DNA of 63,727 nt, filler included, from Hyphochytrium catenoides (taxonomy: Eukaryota; Protista; Hyphochytriomycota), in the NCBI GenBank assembly GCA_900088475.1. It is 8 parts of 8 records of this genome, joined end to end, with 100 filler letters (N's around TTAATTAATTAA, not from the genome) between each part and the next. Parts side by side here need not be neighbours in the genome. Positions count along the whole stretch, not along the records: positions 17,587 to 42,500 come from FLMG01003002.1; 7 more parts are not named here. One strand, written 5' to 3'. The position numbers were made by a program, and so were the translations under genes. The notes beneath the pieces are model-generated. The model did no database searches and was not told the origin of the DNA. It saw only the letters and a program-made list of their open reading frames with translations. Below, one piece after another: positions 22,761-35,000 of this stretch; position 1 is the stretch's first letter; every line of letters starts with the position of its first letter.

Positions 22761-25280
22761 ATGGGCAACACCTCCTCTGGCTCTTCCACCAAATTTAGTC
22801 AGCTTCAGCACATTGGCGCCGATGACCAGCCGACTCTTGGTGCTTTTGGGAGAAGAGCGAGACGGCAGAGAAGACAAAGCGACTCCAAGGGTGAGATGGT
22901 CTTGTTGGTGCTGAAGTCTCTGCTCAAACGAGAGCCGAGGACTGGGGAAAGAGCAAACAGCCATCAGCAGCCCCACCACCGATCCGGAGAAGACGGCAAA
23001 ACAAGAGAGTTCTCTCTCTCTCCAAAACAGCAGCTACAGCGCGCTGAGAACGGGCTCTTTGCCTATGACTTACCGGCAGACGTGGCTGGGGACGCCGATT
23101 ATATCACAAAGCTGGACACACCAGAAGAGGTAGAGGAATGGCTCGTAGCGCCTTCATCCTCTCAGCATCAATCTCTCACACCTCCAATAGAGAGAGAAGA
23201 GGGTGAAGAGGATGACGCCGACGATGAGGAAGCACCGACCCAGAGTCCCAGTCAGAGTGGGGACGAGCGGCTGACGGAATGCAGCTCGACAGACAGAGAC
23301 GCAGATGAAGACGAGGATGAAGAGAGAGAGATCATTATCTCCTCTGATCCTGAGGACAACTACAGCCTCGTTCTTACCAAGGATAACGCTCGGACGTACC
23401 AGAGAAAGCGTATCTACCATGCGTTCCATAGCACTGACGCCAGATCAACGGGCGGGGCGCCGCAATGGTACATTCACGCTGATGACGGCACTGTTCGAAT
23501 CGTTAGCGACGCAAAATTCGATGAGACCTATGAAGCAGTTGCAGGAGAGAAGCATCAGTATAGGAAGAAGGGCCTGGTCCTTGCCGTGCAGATATCAAAC
23601 ACCACTATACCTAGCCCTTCTGGCCAGTATGGAACTGGCCAGCTGGGAGACTTCCTCCTTCAAGATGAAAAGGGAGAACAATGGAGAGAGAATGAGACCA
23701 CCTTCCACGCGAAATATGAGGAACTGTCTGACCACTTGGAGCGTATTGTTCGAGCGGGACTTCCAGCGGCATCCGACCTTCCAACAGGAAGTCAGATTCA
23801 GACGATTGAAGCTAAAAGAATAGAGAAAGTGAACGCAATGCTTTCCACATTGAATGACTGGAACTTCGACATGTTCACCCTTGCAAGGCTGACGTACAAC
23901 GGCGCCCTAGTCCTTGTTGGGGTGCAGCTCTCGCGAAACCACCAGTTCTCCGCGCGGCTAGGCATTGCAGAAGCGACCATCAAGAATTTCTTTTCAGAAT
24001 TGGAGCGTGGCTACCTCTCAAATCCGTACCATAATTCTACACATGCAGCGGACGTTCTCCAGACGACCAACTCTCTGATTGTACGATCGGGCTTCTTGGA
24101 GAGGATGCGCCCTTATGAGCTGTTAGCGGTTTTGGTGGCAGCTGCTGGGCATGATATTGGTCACCCTGGGACAACCAATAGCTTCCAGATCCTAACAGGC
24201 GCAGAGTTGGCAATTCAGCACAATGATCAAAGTGTGCTCGAGAATTATCACTGCGCGAAGACCTTTACGATTCTCAACAGACCGCAATGTGCTCTGGCGA
24301 AGGGACTGTCATTGGATGAGTATAGAGACTTCAGGAAGATCGTTATCTCTTGCATCCTTGCCACTGACCTCGCAAACCATACAAAGTATATGAACGACCT
24401 AGGAAACGCACAGAGAGAAGGGTTCAATTTCTCTCTCACTCAGCATCGCTCAGCATTCTTCAACATGGTCATCAAGTGTGCAGATGTCTCGCACGTAGCG
24501 AAGTGCACTGATCTTCATATTCGATGGAGCGATCTTGTCCAGCAGGAGTTCAAAAGCCAAGCAGAGAAAGAGAGGGTCCTGGGCATTCCGGTCACCACGG
24601 TGGTGACAACAGATCCCGTAGAGAATGCCAAGGGACAGATCGGGTTCATCACTTATCTTTGCGGACCAATGTTCTACGCCTACTGCGATGTGACCCATAC
24701 GAAGTCTCTCAGAAGAAGGATTGCTAAGAACCTTCGCTATTGGGAGGCAGTTGCAGATGGGAGGAGAGTGCTGCATGAACCATGTCACCCGTCTGCAGAA
24801 ACTGGTAGTGTCTCTGTGGAAAGCACTCAGGATGATTGCCAGTCGGACTCTTACTCGGCGCATGTGGGGCGGAGTCTAAGGGTAGACTCCCGGGTAGAGT
24901 CGAAGGATGGAGACAGAAGTGAGAATACGGGCTCTCCGGGCTCATCTCCAGACGCGTCTTCACAATCTCATGCATCCTCTACCACCCGGAGCCGGCGGCG
25001 GCAGAAGACAGAGGAGAAACGACAGGACACTGATAAATCCAGAGAAAGACAAAGCAAGCCAAGTGGTGTGGACTTATCTCTCTACAGCCGGTCCATGCGC
25101 AAGGTGACAAGTGATAGCGCCCTTGTGCGGCAGGTGAACTTGGAAGAGAAACTGCAGCTGCTTCGCTTCCACAAGAGCCAATCCTTTCGCGCGGGGCTTA
25201 CCATCGATGGTCTGGGAGAGAGTGGACTAGGTAACAAAAGCCCGAACACAGGAGAGGAAGAGGATAGTAAGAGAGACTAG
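22761..25280 (+). CDS. Class I 3',5'-cyclic-nucleotide phosphodiesterase (PDEase_I), predicted N-myristoylated
   Basis: 839-aa uninterrupted ORF; NPYHNSTHAADV, HDIGHPGTTNSF (HDxxHxGxxN signature), SVLENYH, ILATD, KCADVS; N-terminus MGNTSS fits MGxxxS. Confidence 0.93.
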   Translation: MGNTSSGSSTKFSQLQHIGADDQPTLGAFGRRARRQRRQSDSKGEMVLLVLKSLLKREPRTGERANSHQQPHHRSGEDGKTREFSLSPKQQLQRAENGLFAYDLPADVAGDADYITKLDTPEEVEEWLVAPSSSQHQSLTPPIEREEGEEDDADDEEAPTQSPSQSGDERLTECSSTDRDADEDEDEEREIIISSDPEDNYSLVLTKDNARTYQRKRIYHAFHSTDARSTGGAPQWYIHADDGTVRIVSDAKFDETYEAVAGEKHQYRKKGLVLAVQISNTTIPSPSGQYGTGQLGDFLLQDEKGEQWRENETTFHAKYEELSDHLERIVRAGLPAASDLPTGSQIQTIEAKRIEKVNAMLSTLNDWNFDMFTLARLTYNGALVLVGVQLSRNHQFSARLGIAEATIKNFFSELERGYLSNPYHNSTHAADVLQTTNSLIVRSGFLERMRPYELLAVLVAAAGHDIGHPGTTNSFQILTGAELAIQHNDQSVLENYHCAKTFTILNRPQCALAKGLSLDEYRDFRKIVISCILATDLANHTKYMNDLGNAQREGFNFSLTQHRSAFFNMVIKCADVSHVAKCTDLHIRWSDLVQQEFKSQAEKERVLGIPVTTVVTTDPVENAKGQIGFITYLCGPMFYAYCDVTHTKSLRRRIAKNLRYWEAVADGRRVLHEPCHPSAETGSVSVESTQDDCQSDSYSAHVGRSLRVDSRVESKDGDRSENTGSPGSSPDASSQSHASSTTRSRRRQKTEEKRQDTDKSRERQSKPSGVDLSLYSRSMRKVTSDSALVRQVNLEEKLQLLRFHKSQSFRAGLTIDGLGESGLGNKSPNTGEEEDSKRD

Positions 25281-25740
25281 CTCAGTGGTTAGGCGTTCGC
25301 CTCGCTTGCTGTGGGGCTTTCTTCTAATGGGCGCCTCTTCTGGTTGCGCAAGATCAGGTCCGATCCTCTCTGGAGAGACAGATAGAGAACGGAGCACTAG
25401 GAAAGAGGAAGGTGTGTGTCTCTTAGGCTTCTTCTCCTAGCGGATTATCAAGAGGGAAGAGCTTATCGTGCATTGTACATCGGGAAAGCACAGGTCTAGA
25501 CCGCTTTTTACTTTTATTTATTTATTGCAGCCATCGTCGTACAGAGAGAGAGAGAGAGAGAGAAGTAAAGGTGGATGTAGCGCTCTCCTCGCGGATGATT
25601 TTTCAGAGTAATAAAGACTGGCTAATTGACTGTCATGTAAGATCATACGCTTTTTTCCAGCATCTCGTGCAAGACTCTCCTACTTCACTATTCGGCCTGT
25701 CTGTCTGTCTCTCTCTCTCTCTCTTCTCCTCTCATAGCAT

Positions 25741-26291
25741 TTAGAAGTTCCCTCTTAGGGCTCCTTTGCTTCTCGATAGCGCATCTGCGTACTTCGCGCC
25801 CAAGTCTTTCCGGATTGCATTCCTCTTTCCTCCCGTCTCTCCTTCTCCGCTTTTCTCTCCTAGTCTGCCCTGATAGTCCAGCTCGTACGTGGTGGCAAAG
25901 CGAGAGTCCATGTAAAGCTTGTACTTCTCGGCGTAAGACGTGGAAGGAGAGCTCCACTTCGCTGCGGCCTCCACAGGATCTGTCTTCTTCTTTCTTTGCT
26001 TATCCTATGAAATGTAGTTGACGAGAGTGAAGACCGGACAATGGCAGAAGAGGGCGGTAAGAAATGAGAAAGAGGGGAGAGGCAAAGAGAGAGAGAGAGA
26101 GAGAGGTCGAAAGGGTCCATTGTTAACTTCACTACGTAAATAAGGAGGAAATGAGAGCCACAGAGAATGATGCATCACGAGGAAGGCCCACAAAAGAAAG
26201 TGAGCTAGAGGAAGAGAGAGAGACACACACACAGAGGGAGAGAGAGAGAGAGAGAGAGGATAAGAGAGAGAGGAGATAAGAGAGAGAGGAG

Positions 26292-26350
<59 letters not shown>

Positions 26351-26834
26351 CCGTCAACCTCTTTCTTATCGTGAATCTTCCTATTTAGTACATAGAGATC
26401 ATCCTGGAGCTTCGCCTTCTGCTGCTTCAGCGCGACCTTTCTCGTCAGCGGTGTTGAGTGAGACAGACCAGAGCCTACGGGAGGGGGAGAGATAGAGAGA
26501 GACGACGTGGCGGCCTTCTTTCCTTCTGAGGTCTCCGCAGGCTGTCCGTTGCTTTCCCGAGAGGAAGACGCTGACGAGCCACTCGACTGGTTTGTCCTCT
26601 GTCTAATAACGGGACCACCGAGGATGTTTCTCTCCTCTCCCTCACACACTGTCCCTGACTTGACCAGCTCCTCGATCTCCTGCGAGCTACGGAGCTTGCC
26701 AGCCACAAGTCTTCGCTGTGAGGACAATAAGAGCAATAGAGTTAGCCCACAGGGGAAGAACTTTCGCTATTATCAGAGCAGTCGCTTGTGGCATTGAAGG
26801 GGAGAGAGAGAGAAAGAGAGCGAGAGCGAGCGAG

Positions 26835-26868
<34 letters not shown>

Positions 26869-27672
26869 AGAGAGAGAGACCAGAGCGATTGGAGAGAGAA
26901 AGAAAGAGTGTGTGTGTAGGGGGTGTGAACCGGGGGGAGAGAGAGAGAGAGAGAGAGACCAACGAGAGAGAGTGACAGGTCGTCAGACAGAGAGAAAGAA
27001 AACAATGGGAGACGAGCAATGGAGAGACAAAGCAATCGAGTCAAAAAGAGGAGGAAGAAAGAGAGGGAAAAAGAAAAAAGAGACAAGCCAGACAGACAGG
27101 CAGAGAGCTAGGGAACTAGCGAGAGAGGGAGAGAGAGCCCTGGGGACCTGCTGAGGGGAAGCGATCTGGGGCGCGTGTTGAGGCGGAGGCAACGCCGCTA
27201 AACTCTTGGCGGGAACCTTGACGCTGTCTTTTGGCATGACGCCTGGCCCTTCTAAAGACTGCAGACCTGCCTTCAATTGCTGAAGAGAAAACAGAAGACA
27301 GTGGGAAGGACAGGATAAGCAGAGAGAGGGAGACGGAGTGAGAGAGAGAGAGAGAGTTAAAGAGAGTTAAGTTGGAAGGAAGCTTTAACAGAACTTTATC
27401 AGGAAGAGGAAGGTTGGACCGTTATCAGAGACATGAGAAAGAGAGGGACACATCCTGAGTTGATGAAAATCTGTGTCAAGGCGTCTAAAGAGAGGGAAGA
27501 GGTGGTCTGCTCCTGCCCTCAAACCTTTGCTCATTTTTCATCTCCATCCTTCTAACCCGATCGTGCCGTTCTCTCTTTCTCTCTCCCCGTATCGTCTATT
27601 ACCTCCGTGTCGTACCCTTCTTGCCCTTGCTCTTTCTCTCGGTCAAATACACCTCCTTTGCCTTGCTTTTGT

Positions 27673-27710
<38 letters not shown>

Positions 27711-28135
27711 NNNNNNNNNNNNNNNNNNNNNNNNNNNNNNNNNNNNNNNNNNNNNNNNNNNNNNCGTACACTTTTTCTACTCTCTTTCTCTCTCTCTCTC
27801 CTCTCCACACACATCTTTCTCCTGCTCTCTCTCTCTCTCTCACACGATATTATCTCGTGTTCGGCTCTATATCGCAACTCTTAACGCTCTCTGCTTATCT
27901 CTCTTACCCTGGCTATCTTCTCCTGATCCTTGATCCTTTCTATCTCTTTCATCGTCTCAGGAGAGAGGCACAGCGGATCCTGAGGCTTGAGCAGGTCGAG
28001 CGTCGTGCAGCCGCTCATCCCATTGATCTCCTTAGAGTAAACAGACTTCAGGAACTCTGCCTGCTTTGTGTCTGTATGACGGTTAGCCAGCCGCCGGATG
28101 TGCTCCTTCTCCTCTCTCTCCAACTCGCGCGCCAT
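25741..28135 (-). CDS. Hypothetical multi-exon protein (charged/coiled-coil)
   Basis: Protein-like segments (MARELEREEKEH..., ...LSSQRRLVAGKLRS...KKEVDG, ...YADALSRSKGALRGNF*) separated by CT/GA-microsatellite introns. Exon structure not fully resolved; no family recognised. Confidence 0.4.
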
Positions 28136-29120
28136 CCTTGATAGGGGACGCTAAGAGGGAGGAAGAGCCGCGGCTGTTGAACGGCGTCTTGAGATCCTTT
28201 GTCTCCACTCTCTCTTCTTTCTCTCTCTCTCTCTCTCTCGTTTTCTCAATCCTTTCTCAGGCCCTAGAAGGCAGAGCCAGAAGAGGGTCTCTCTCTCATG
28301 GTCTGGCTATAATGAGCCACTGGAACCTCTAGACTGCTTGACGATTCTGATGAGAGAGAAGAGAAGAGTCTTCTGCCGCCAAGGCCATTCCTTCTCCTTT
28401 CTATTGCTATCCGTCAGGCGCTCAGAGAGCGCGGCGCTAGTTAGATCTGATCCCTAGTGCAGGTGGCTCGCTATCTCTTCTCAAGGCCTTCAGAGCGGCC
28501 TTGTCTTCCTCAAGACATGGCATCTGGCCTCTCTCTTCTAACCCGATTTCTTCCCTATCACGTCTCTTCTCTCTCGGCTCTCCTCCTCCAGTGTCCCGTT
28601 TTTCCTCTGGAAGCTGTCTCTCCTCTCCCATGCTCTCTTGATCGTCTGTTCCTGCTCTCTGCCTCTCTTCCAACCTCTTGTCTCTGCGTCGTCGCTCCCT
28701 TCTTCTCTCGCTCTCTCCTTTCTCTCTCTCTGTCTGCTTTCTTAGTCTCTCCCCGCTCCTTGCTCTGTCTGTCTGTCTCTTGATCTCTCCCCTTCTCTTA
28801 CACTCTCTGCCTCTGTCTTTCCCTCTCTCTCTCTTTTTCTCTCTCTCTCTCTCTCTCTTAATCTCTCCCTCTCATAACTCTCTCAGCCTCTGTCCTTCCC
28901 TCTCTCTTTCTTTCTCTCTCTCTCGCTCTCTCTCTCTTTTCTCTTTCTAGTGAAGGCCGTTTCAGCAGCTGCTAACGGCCATTGCATCCATCGTCGTACA
29001 GACAAACAGCTATGTAACGACTACAACAGCGATGTTGAACCTTATGGGATATCTGAAGTTTCTCCAAAGGCCGATAGCAGGCGCCGTCAAGGCTCAGAAA
29101 GACTTCGTCTTCTCTACATT

Positions 29121-29397
29121 AGGCCTTCAGATGAGACTCTTTCTATCTGGGTGAAGTCATTCTTGAGACGGCTCCTGTTATAGACGGACTGACGCCTTAG
29201 CCATTAGCTATTCTGAGCGGCGGGCGAGTAGGGTGAGGGAGAGTAACTCAACCTTTGGTCGAGGCCTTCAGATGAGAATCTTTCTATCTGGGAGAACTCA
29301 TTCTTGAGACGGCTCCCGTTATAGACGGACTGACGCCTTAGCCATTAGCTCTTCTGGGGCGGGCGAATAGGGTGAGGGAGAGTAACTCAACCTTTGG
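29121..29397. repeat. Tandem direct duplication, two copies, period ~141 bp
   Basis: AGGCCTTCAGATGAGA...GAGTAACTCAACCTTTGG at 29121-29258 and 29262-29397, with few differences. Confidence 0.9.
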
Positions 29398-29822
29398 GCG
29401 AGGGTCCCAGCAGGGAAGTCAGCAAGCAGGGTATGGGAAAGACAGAGGTCTATGGGGGAAGAGGGCACAACATTATTAGAAGATGTTGAGGGTATATAGT
29501 AGTAGCCCATGATGGTGGTGAGACGAGCTACGCTCGGAAGGAGCTTGTCCTTTTCTACCGCTCTAAATAGGCGCAGAGGTTCTCTGGCCTTCTGAGGCAC
29601 AGCCACAGTTTCGTTCATGTTATCGTCCGTTCTCCTGTCCCTGTACATCCCTGTTCTCGGCTTCCATTTGTGGATGTTGCCATGCCACACTACAAAGCCA
29701 TCTTTGGCACATGACTGCAGGTCAAACAGCCTGCCTTTTCGGAACCATCTAACGCTCCTAGATTCCATAATATACGGCCCATCAGCCCTACAAGCCCTGC
29801 CGCATATCGCTAGTGCTCTTGA

Positions 29823-31143
29823 CTATGCTGTGTAGAGGAACTTGACGCCGCTGTCTTCAGCGGTGGGACCAGGGATGATCTGTGCCTATTTGTACAAGGA
29901 GGAACGCCTGTGTCAAGAAGGGACAGGAGATAACGCTACCAGGGGAAAGGAGAATACCTTGCCCTCGTCTTCTAAAACCTCAAGCGCCCGCTGGATGAGC
30001 CAAGGCTCCAGGTCGTACCACGCTATATAAGGGCACAGCCTCGATGGTGAGAACGCACTAAAACAGACGCTACGAAGAGTATGACTAGAATTAACGGGAA
30101 GAGGTAGCAAAAGAAAAATATAGCAACGAGAAGGCAAGAGAGCTGGCAAGGGAGAGAACGAGCGCAGAACTCACAGGCGTCTCTAGTCTGATCGCCAGAA
30201 TGCAACTCCCAAATGGTGTACACCGTGTTCATCATACCCCTGGAAACGACCTAAAGACAAGGCACATGCTTAGGAAACAGAAGATCCATGCGCACCAAGA
30301 GAGAAGCGCTAGGCCCCCTACCAAGAGATCAAGACAGACAGGTAGACACAACAGAGAGAGAGAGAGAGAGAAAGCGGTGGAGCTTGGACAAGGTGACCTA
30401 TCAAGGGGCTGTGGACAAGGACGAAGGGAGCCAAAGGTCTCTGCTGATATCTCACATAGTCATAGATCTCTGCAGCCCACTCTTCAGGCCTCTTCCAGTA
30501 CAGTCTCAACCGAGTTCTGGTGTCATCCTCCCACTCTCCGAAGCCCGTCTCTATGAGCTCATCGACAATCACCGAGACTGCTTCCTCACTAAGTTTCCCT
30601 AGAAAACGGAGCAAGAAAAATTAGGGTAATTAGTGAAAGCAAGAGACCGAGAACCTTCGAGCCCCAAGCTCTCAGTACAATGAACCGTGAGAAAGGGAAA
30701 CTGGATTTAAGTGGCAAAGGGGAAGCGAGCAGCGTTGAGAGTATATTGTGCAGAATAATCGTTATGGAGAAAGGGAAATAGGCGAGGGAGTCTGCAGGTG
30801 AGAGATTGTACTGCTTCTCTCACTGTTGATCTTCTCATTGCTGAAGAGCTGTGACTCCGACGGCAGGAGGATCGGCTGGTTGACATGACGGTGGTAGTTT
30901 AGAATGAGGTCCCGCCACAACTGGAGCTGCTTCTCTCGAGTCACGCGGATTGGCTGCAGGCTGTCATAGACAGATTGGCAGTAGACACGAATGGAAGACT
31001 GTTAGACACCACAAGAAAGCTAGCATGTGAAGAAAGAGTGTCAATTCGAGGGAAGTTTGCAATATGTCTCAACTTCTCAGTCAAACTCACGTGTAGAATG
31101 GAGGAAAGTTGACAAAATCGGGGAACTGGAACCCCGAGTCCAT
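29823..31143 (-). CDS. VPS25: ESCRT-II subunit VPS25 (6 exons)
   Basis: Spliced reading MDSGFQFPDFVNFPPFYT/LQPIRVTREKQLQLWRDLILNY.../...YWKRPEEWAAEIYDY/...VYTIWELHSGD.../...RALEVLEDEGK/AQII...GVKFLYTA*; FPPFYTLQP and C-terminal GVKF are VPS25 hallmarks; GT-AG introns. Confidence 0.92.
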
Positions 31144-32059
31144 GCTAAGATTGTCTTACAACCAGGTAAGCCCAGTCAGAAGCGTCAGGAGCCCCCTTTA
31201 TAGCTGTCACCGCCTAGCTGAGGCCCAGCCTCTCATCTATCCCACGGTGGAAGAGGGCAGAATCGATGAAAGTGAGTGAACGAGCTGTATTAGCTTGCAA
31301 TGGGGCCGCCTTCTTAAGAGTAAACGTCTGCCAGTGGGGAGCTCCTTTAGCTGATTATGGCTAAAGGCTGTCCCTTGAGGCTGTGCCAGATCTCAGCATT
31401 CTGCAGCTTTTACATTCTTGAGATCTTCGGGGTGCAGATGAGCGGCGCGCTTGTCTGCTTGTCTCTTTGTTTACCTCAAGCTTCACATCGTAGATATCTC
31501 TTGGTACCCTTCATTTCCCTAATGCCCTTGTTCATGGTCGCTCTGTCTAACGCACCTTCCTTAACCTAGTTAACCTGTCTGGCGAACAAGCAATCAGTAC
31601 TTGGCACTTTTAGTAAGGTTTACAAGCCCTTTCTATATGGGTTTTACAATTGTGTCTCTAGCGTCACCTAGGTTACCCACCCACAATTGATGAGGTGACA
31701 GATTCGCATCCTTCAGAGCTCTGTCAGTGCCTTCGCGGGTCAGTCTTCTGATGACCCGCACGGCCAGTTGATGAGAGCCGATGACTGGATGAGTGTCGAG
31801 CGATCGGGAGTGAGAAGGGAGGAGAGAGCGGCGAACAGCAGCAACGCGGAGGAGTGGAGATGCCACAGGGTATGGGAGAAAAGGCAGTGCCATTATACGC
31901 GTGAAAACACTTTCTCAACAAGGTCTGCCCTCGTGCTCCGGTTGCAGCGAATTTGTGAGTGAGGACAGGGCACGGGCTCCTAAACAGGGCCAGAGCAAGG
32001 ATGGCCGTCTGAGCCATCCCTTGAAGGTTAGAAGTTAGCCGCTTCTCGAGTATAGCAGG

Positions 32060-35000
32060 ATGCGCATCAGGCAAACGCTTTTGCCGTCATGCTGGCGATC
32101 GCTGCTGGGTTCTGGAGACAAAGGTCTGCGGACTTCCTCTTCTCAGCCTCTTCGCCTCACTGCCATCCTTAACCATTGTTAGTGCTTCCAGCCTTGGGAA
32201 GGCACCGCCCACTATTCCATTCCGTCCCACGACGGCACTACCAGCGCGAAGCTCTGATGCGGGAGGAGCAAGTGCTCGAGCGCCTCCGACAGATCAAAGT
32301 CAGAGACATTGAGCGGGATATTGTCACTCTGAACTTCGTGAAGGTTGAGTTTCTCGTCCAACCCATCTGTGCCTGCTGGCATATCCTGCTGCTGAGCCAC
32401 TTGATGTTAGCTCTGCCCCTGTTGCCCACCATCTTCGTCCTCTTTGATGCTCGTGCTTAACGAACAGCTATTCCTGACTTGCTTGGCTCTCTCTCCTCCT
32501 GACGCCAGTAATACCTTCCGCCGTGCTTTGAAGTGCGATGCTTTATCCCTGCATATTAATGGGGGCTCCATGGTCTCTATACCTTTCTTCTGGCTTGTAC
32601 CTGTGATATTGCTCTGGGTCTTCTTTTGCCTTAGAGCCCTGTGAACAAGCCTCATCTGGTGCACGGTCCCTCTCATCTTCATTACCCACAGGATCTAAAG
32701 ATAGAAGGCGAGCGGGTGGAGTTTACTCTTGAGCTTCCACATCTAGCTTTCAAAGAGAAGTCTGAGGTAATAGTCCCACGGCCTTCCTTTTATTCTCTGG
32801 TTGCTTCCTTTCGTCTGCACTTTACTCTTGAAGTGTATGGGATTATGACAGACTGCCTATCCGGATCTTATCCTGTCTCTCCCCGTCGGGCTTTCATTGT
32901 CTCTTCTAATGTCCTCGATCTTTTGCTCTCTCTGGCTCTCTTTCGTCAGCAGTTTGGCTTACCCGCTTATCTGGGTGCTTCTCACCCTTCCTGTTACATT
33001 CCTCCTTTAGTGGCTAAAGGACGCAGAAAGGCGTCTAAAGACCCTACCTTGGGTGCAAAATGTCGATGTCCAGCTTCGTGCAGCTTCTCCTCGCTACCGC
33101 AGCCCCTCAGCACCAAAGAATGCATCTAAGATTGCCAACGTCATAGCTGTCTACAGGTCTAGTTGGAGAAAAGATGTATAACTTATTAGCTGCATTTCCT
33201 GGCGCACTCAAATTGGTTTGAACTTCACGTCTAGTCGTCTACTACTTTTCGCCGATCTTATGCTTCCCCTCATCCTCGTTGTCGACAGACGTTAGTTTTT
33301 CATCTCTCACGTTACGTTACATTGTGCACTGTCTATGCCCAGCTGTAAGGGAGGCGTTGGCAAATCGACGACCGCGGTGAATCTTGCATACAGGTAAGAG
33401 CGGTTCGGCACGGGCAATGACTTTAAAAAGATCAAGTCAGTAGGATAGAAAGCGATTGATGCCGCTGAGGATCGGTTAGTGGCAACATATCAGTAGCACC
33501 GCTATCGACAAGCGGCTCACTACTAAGCACGCTAGCAATAAGTGCTATCTTGAGCGATTAGGGGAATTGCAGCGCTGAAACCTCCTTGTGTATGCTTGCC
33601 TATAGCTTGAACCAGCTCGGAGCACGCGTGGGTCTGCTCGATGCAGATGTTTACGGCCCTAGCCTTCCCACAATGGTCAAGACCAAGGACTCAGGTACAG
33701 TTCTAGACAGGACCTTCAGTTCCTTTAGAATAATTTTCTCTTACTTGGCTTCAGCAGCTGGATGTGAGTCAAAAGCTCAGCCTGATAGTAGGGGCTTCGT
33801 GCTGGAGTCACCACGCGCTACATTTCGACGTCTACCGTGTGCTCTCCTACTTACACGCAATGTAGTCTGATTGTTCTTTCTCGTTGCTGTCCACAGTGCG
33901 GCGATCTGAGAAGAATTCTAGCTTTATATATCCAATTGTAAACGAGGGAGTCCGCCTAATGTCTTTTGGATTCGTGAACAAGGGCGGACCGAGTGGCCGC
34001 GGAGCAGCCGTCTTAAGGGGCCCAGTGGTGTCAAGAGTAATTGACCAGGTGCGGAACAGCGGTTGATAAAAGGAAGAAGGACCCTGGTAGAGCTTCGGTG
34101 GCATAGGTGCATGGAGCCAAGCTTGAAAGGGTACTGTCAACCCATGAGAACACCTGAGCTAGAGCAGACGCATCATCAAGAGAGAAAACAAAGACTCCAA
34201 GTACCAATTGTACTGCTCCTTGCGATCCTCACGGTCTTCCTTCTCTCCCTCCCTCTTATTCACGCATACAATCCGTCCTGCCGCTCCTTCCTTTCCCTGT
34301 GCAGCTGATTAGTGGCACTGTGTGGGGAGAGTTAGACTTCCTCGTCGTCGACATGCCTCCAGGCACTGGCGATATTCAGCTCACCCTCAGCCAACAACTC
34401 GCCTTTACGGGTGCAGTAGTAGTCACGACACCTCAGAAACTTAGCGTGGACGATGTGGTTAAGGTACGACAACTGTTGAAGAATCTCTAGGGAGTGTTCA
34501 AACTGAGATTCAAAAGTAGCGGTTCCGCTCTTTATCGTTTATTTGTGTGCCCTGTCCTCTTTCTTTTGGTGTCAGCAGTGATGCTAAGCCTTGGGTCCAA
34601 AACTCTTGGCTCTTTGCTGCGGATATGCATATTATAGGGCATTGACATGTTCACAGCGGTAAAGGTTCCCACCTTTGCTGTGGTGCAAAACATGGGATAC
34701 TTTGAATGCGAGCACGGCACCCGATACTATCCGTTCGGGAAAGGTAACCGCGAAGCCAAAGCTTGGGAACTGGGAAGACGTTTGGATGACTTAGAGACAG
34801 GCGGGGCCGGAAGGATCTGAGCGGACGGAAGTGACTGTGAGAGGGATCGTCAAGAGAGGGATACAAAGCGTGCATGGTTTACCCGTCGTCTAAGTGCGGC
34901 TCCATCTTCCACGGCATAGGCTATCTCCATATTCTGGAAGCCGAGTATGGCCTCAAACCGGATTTCAACTTTCCCCTCATAGAGCCGCTCACGCAGTGCT

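Noticed and set aside
26718-28950. Many short ORFs reading RERERE or SLSLSL (also throughout 40500-62900)
   Set aside because: Translations of (GA)n/(CT)n microsatellites, not proteins.
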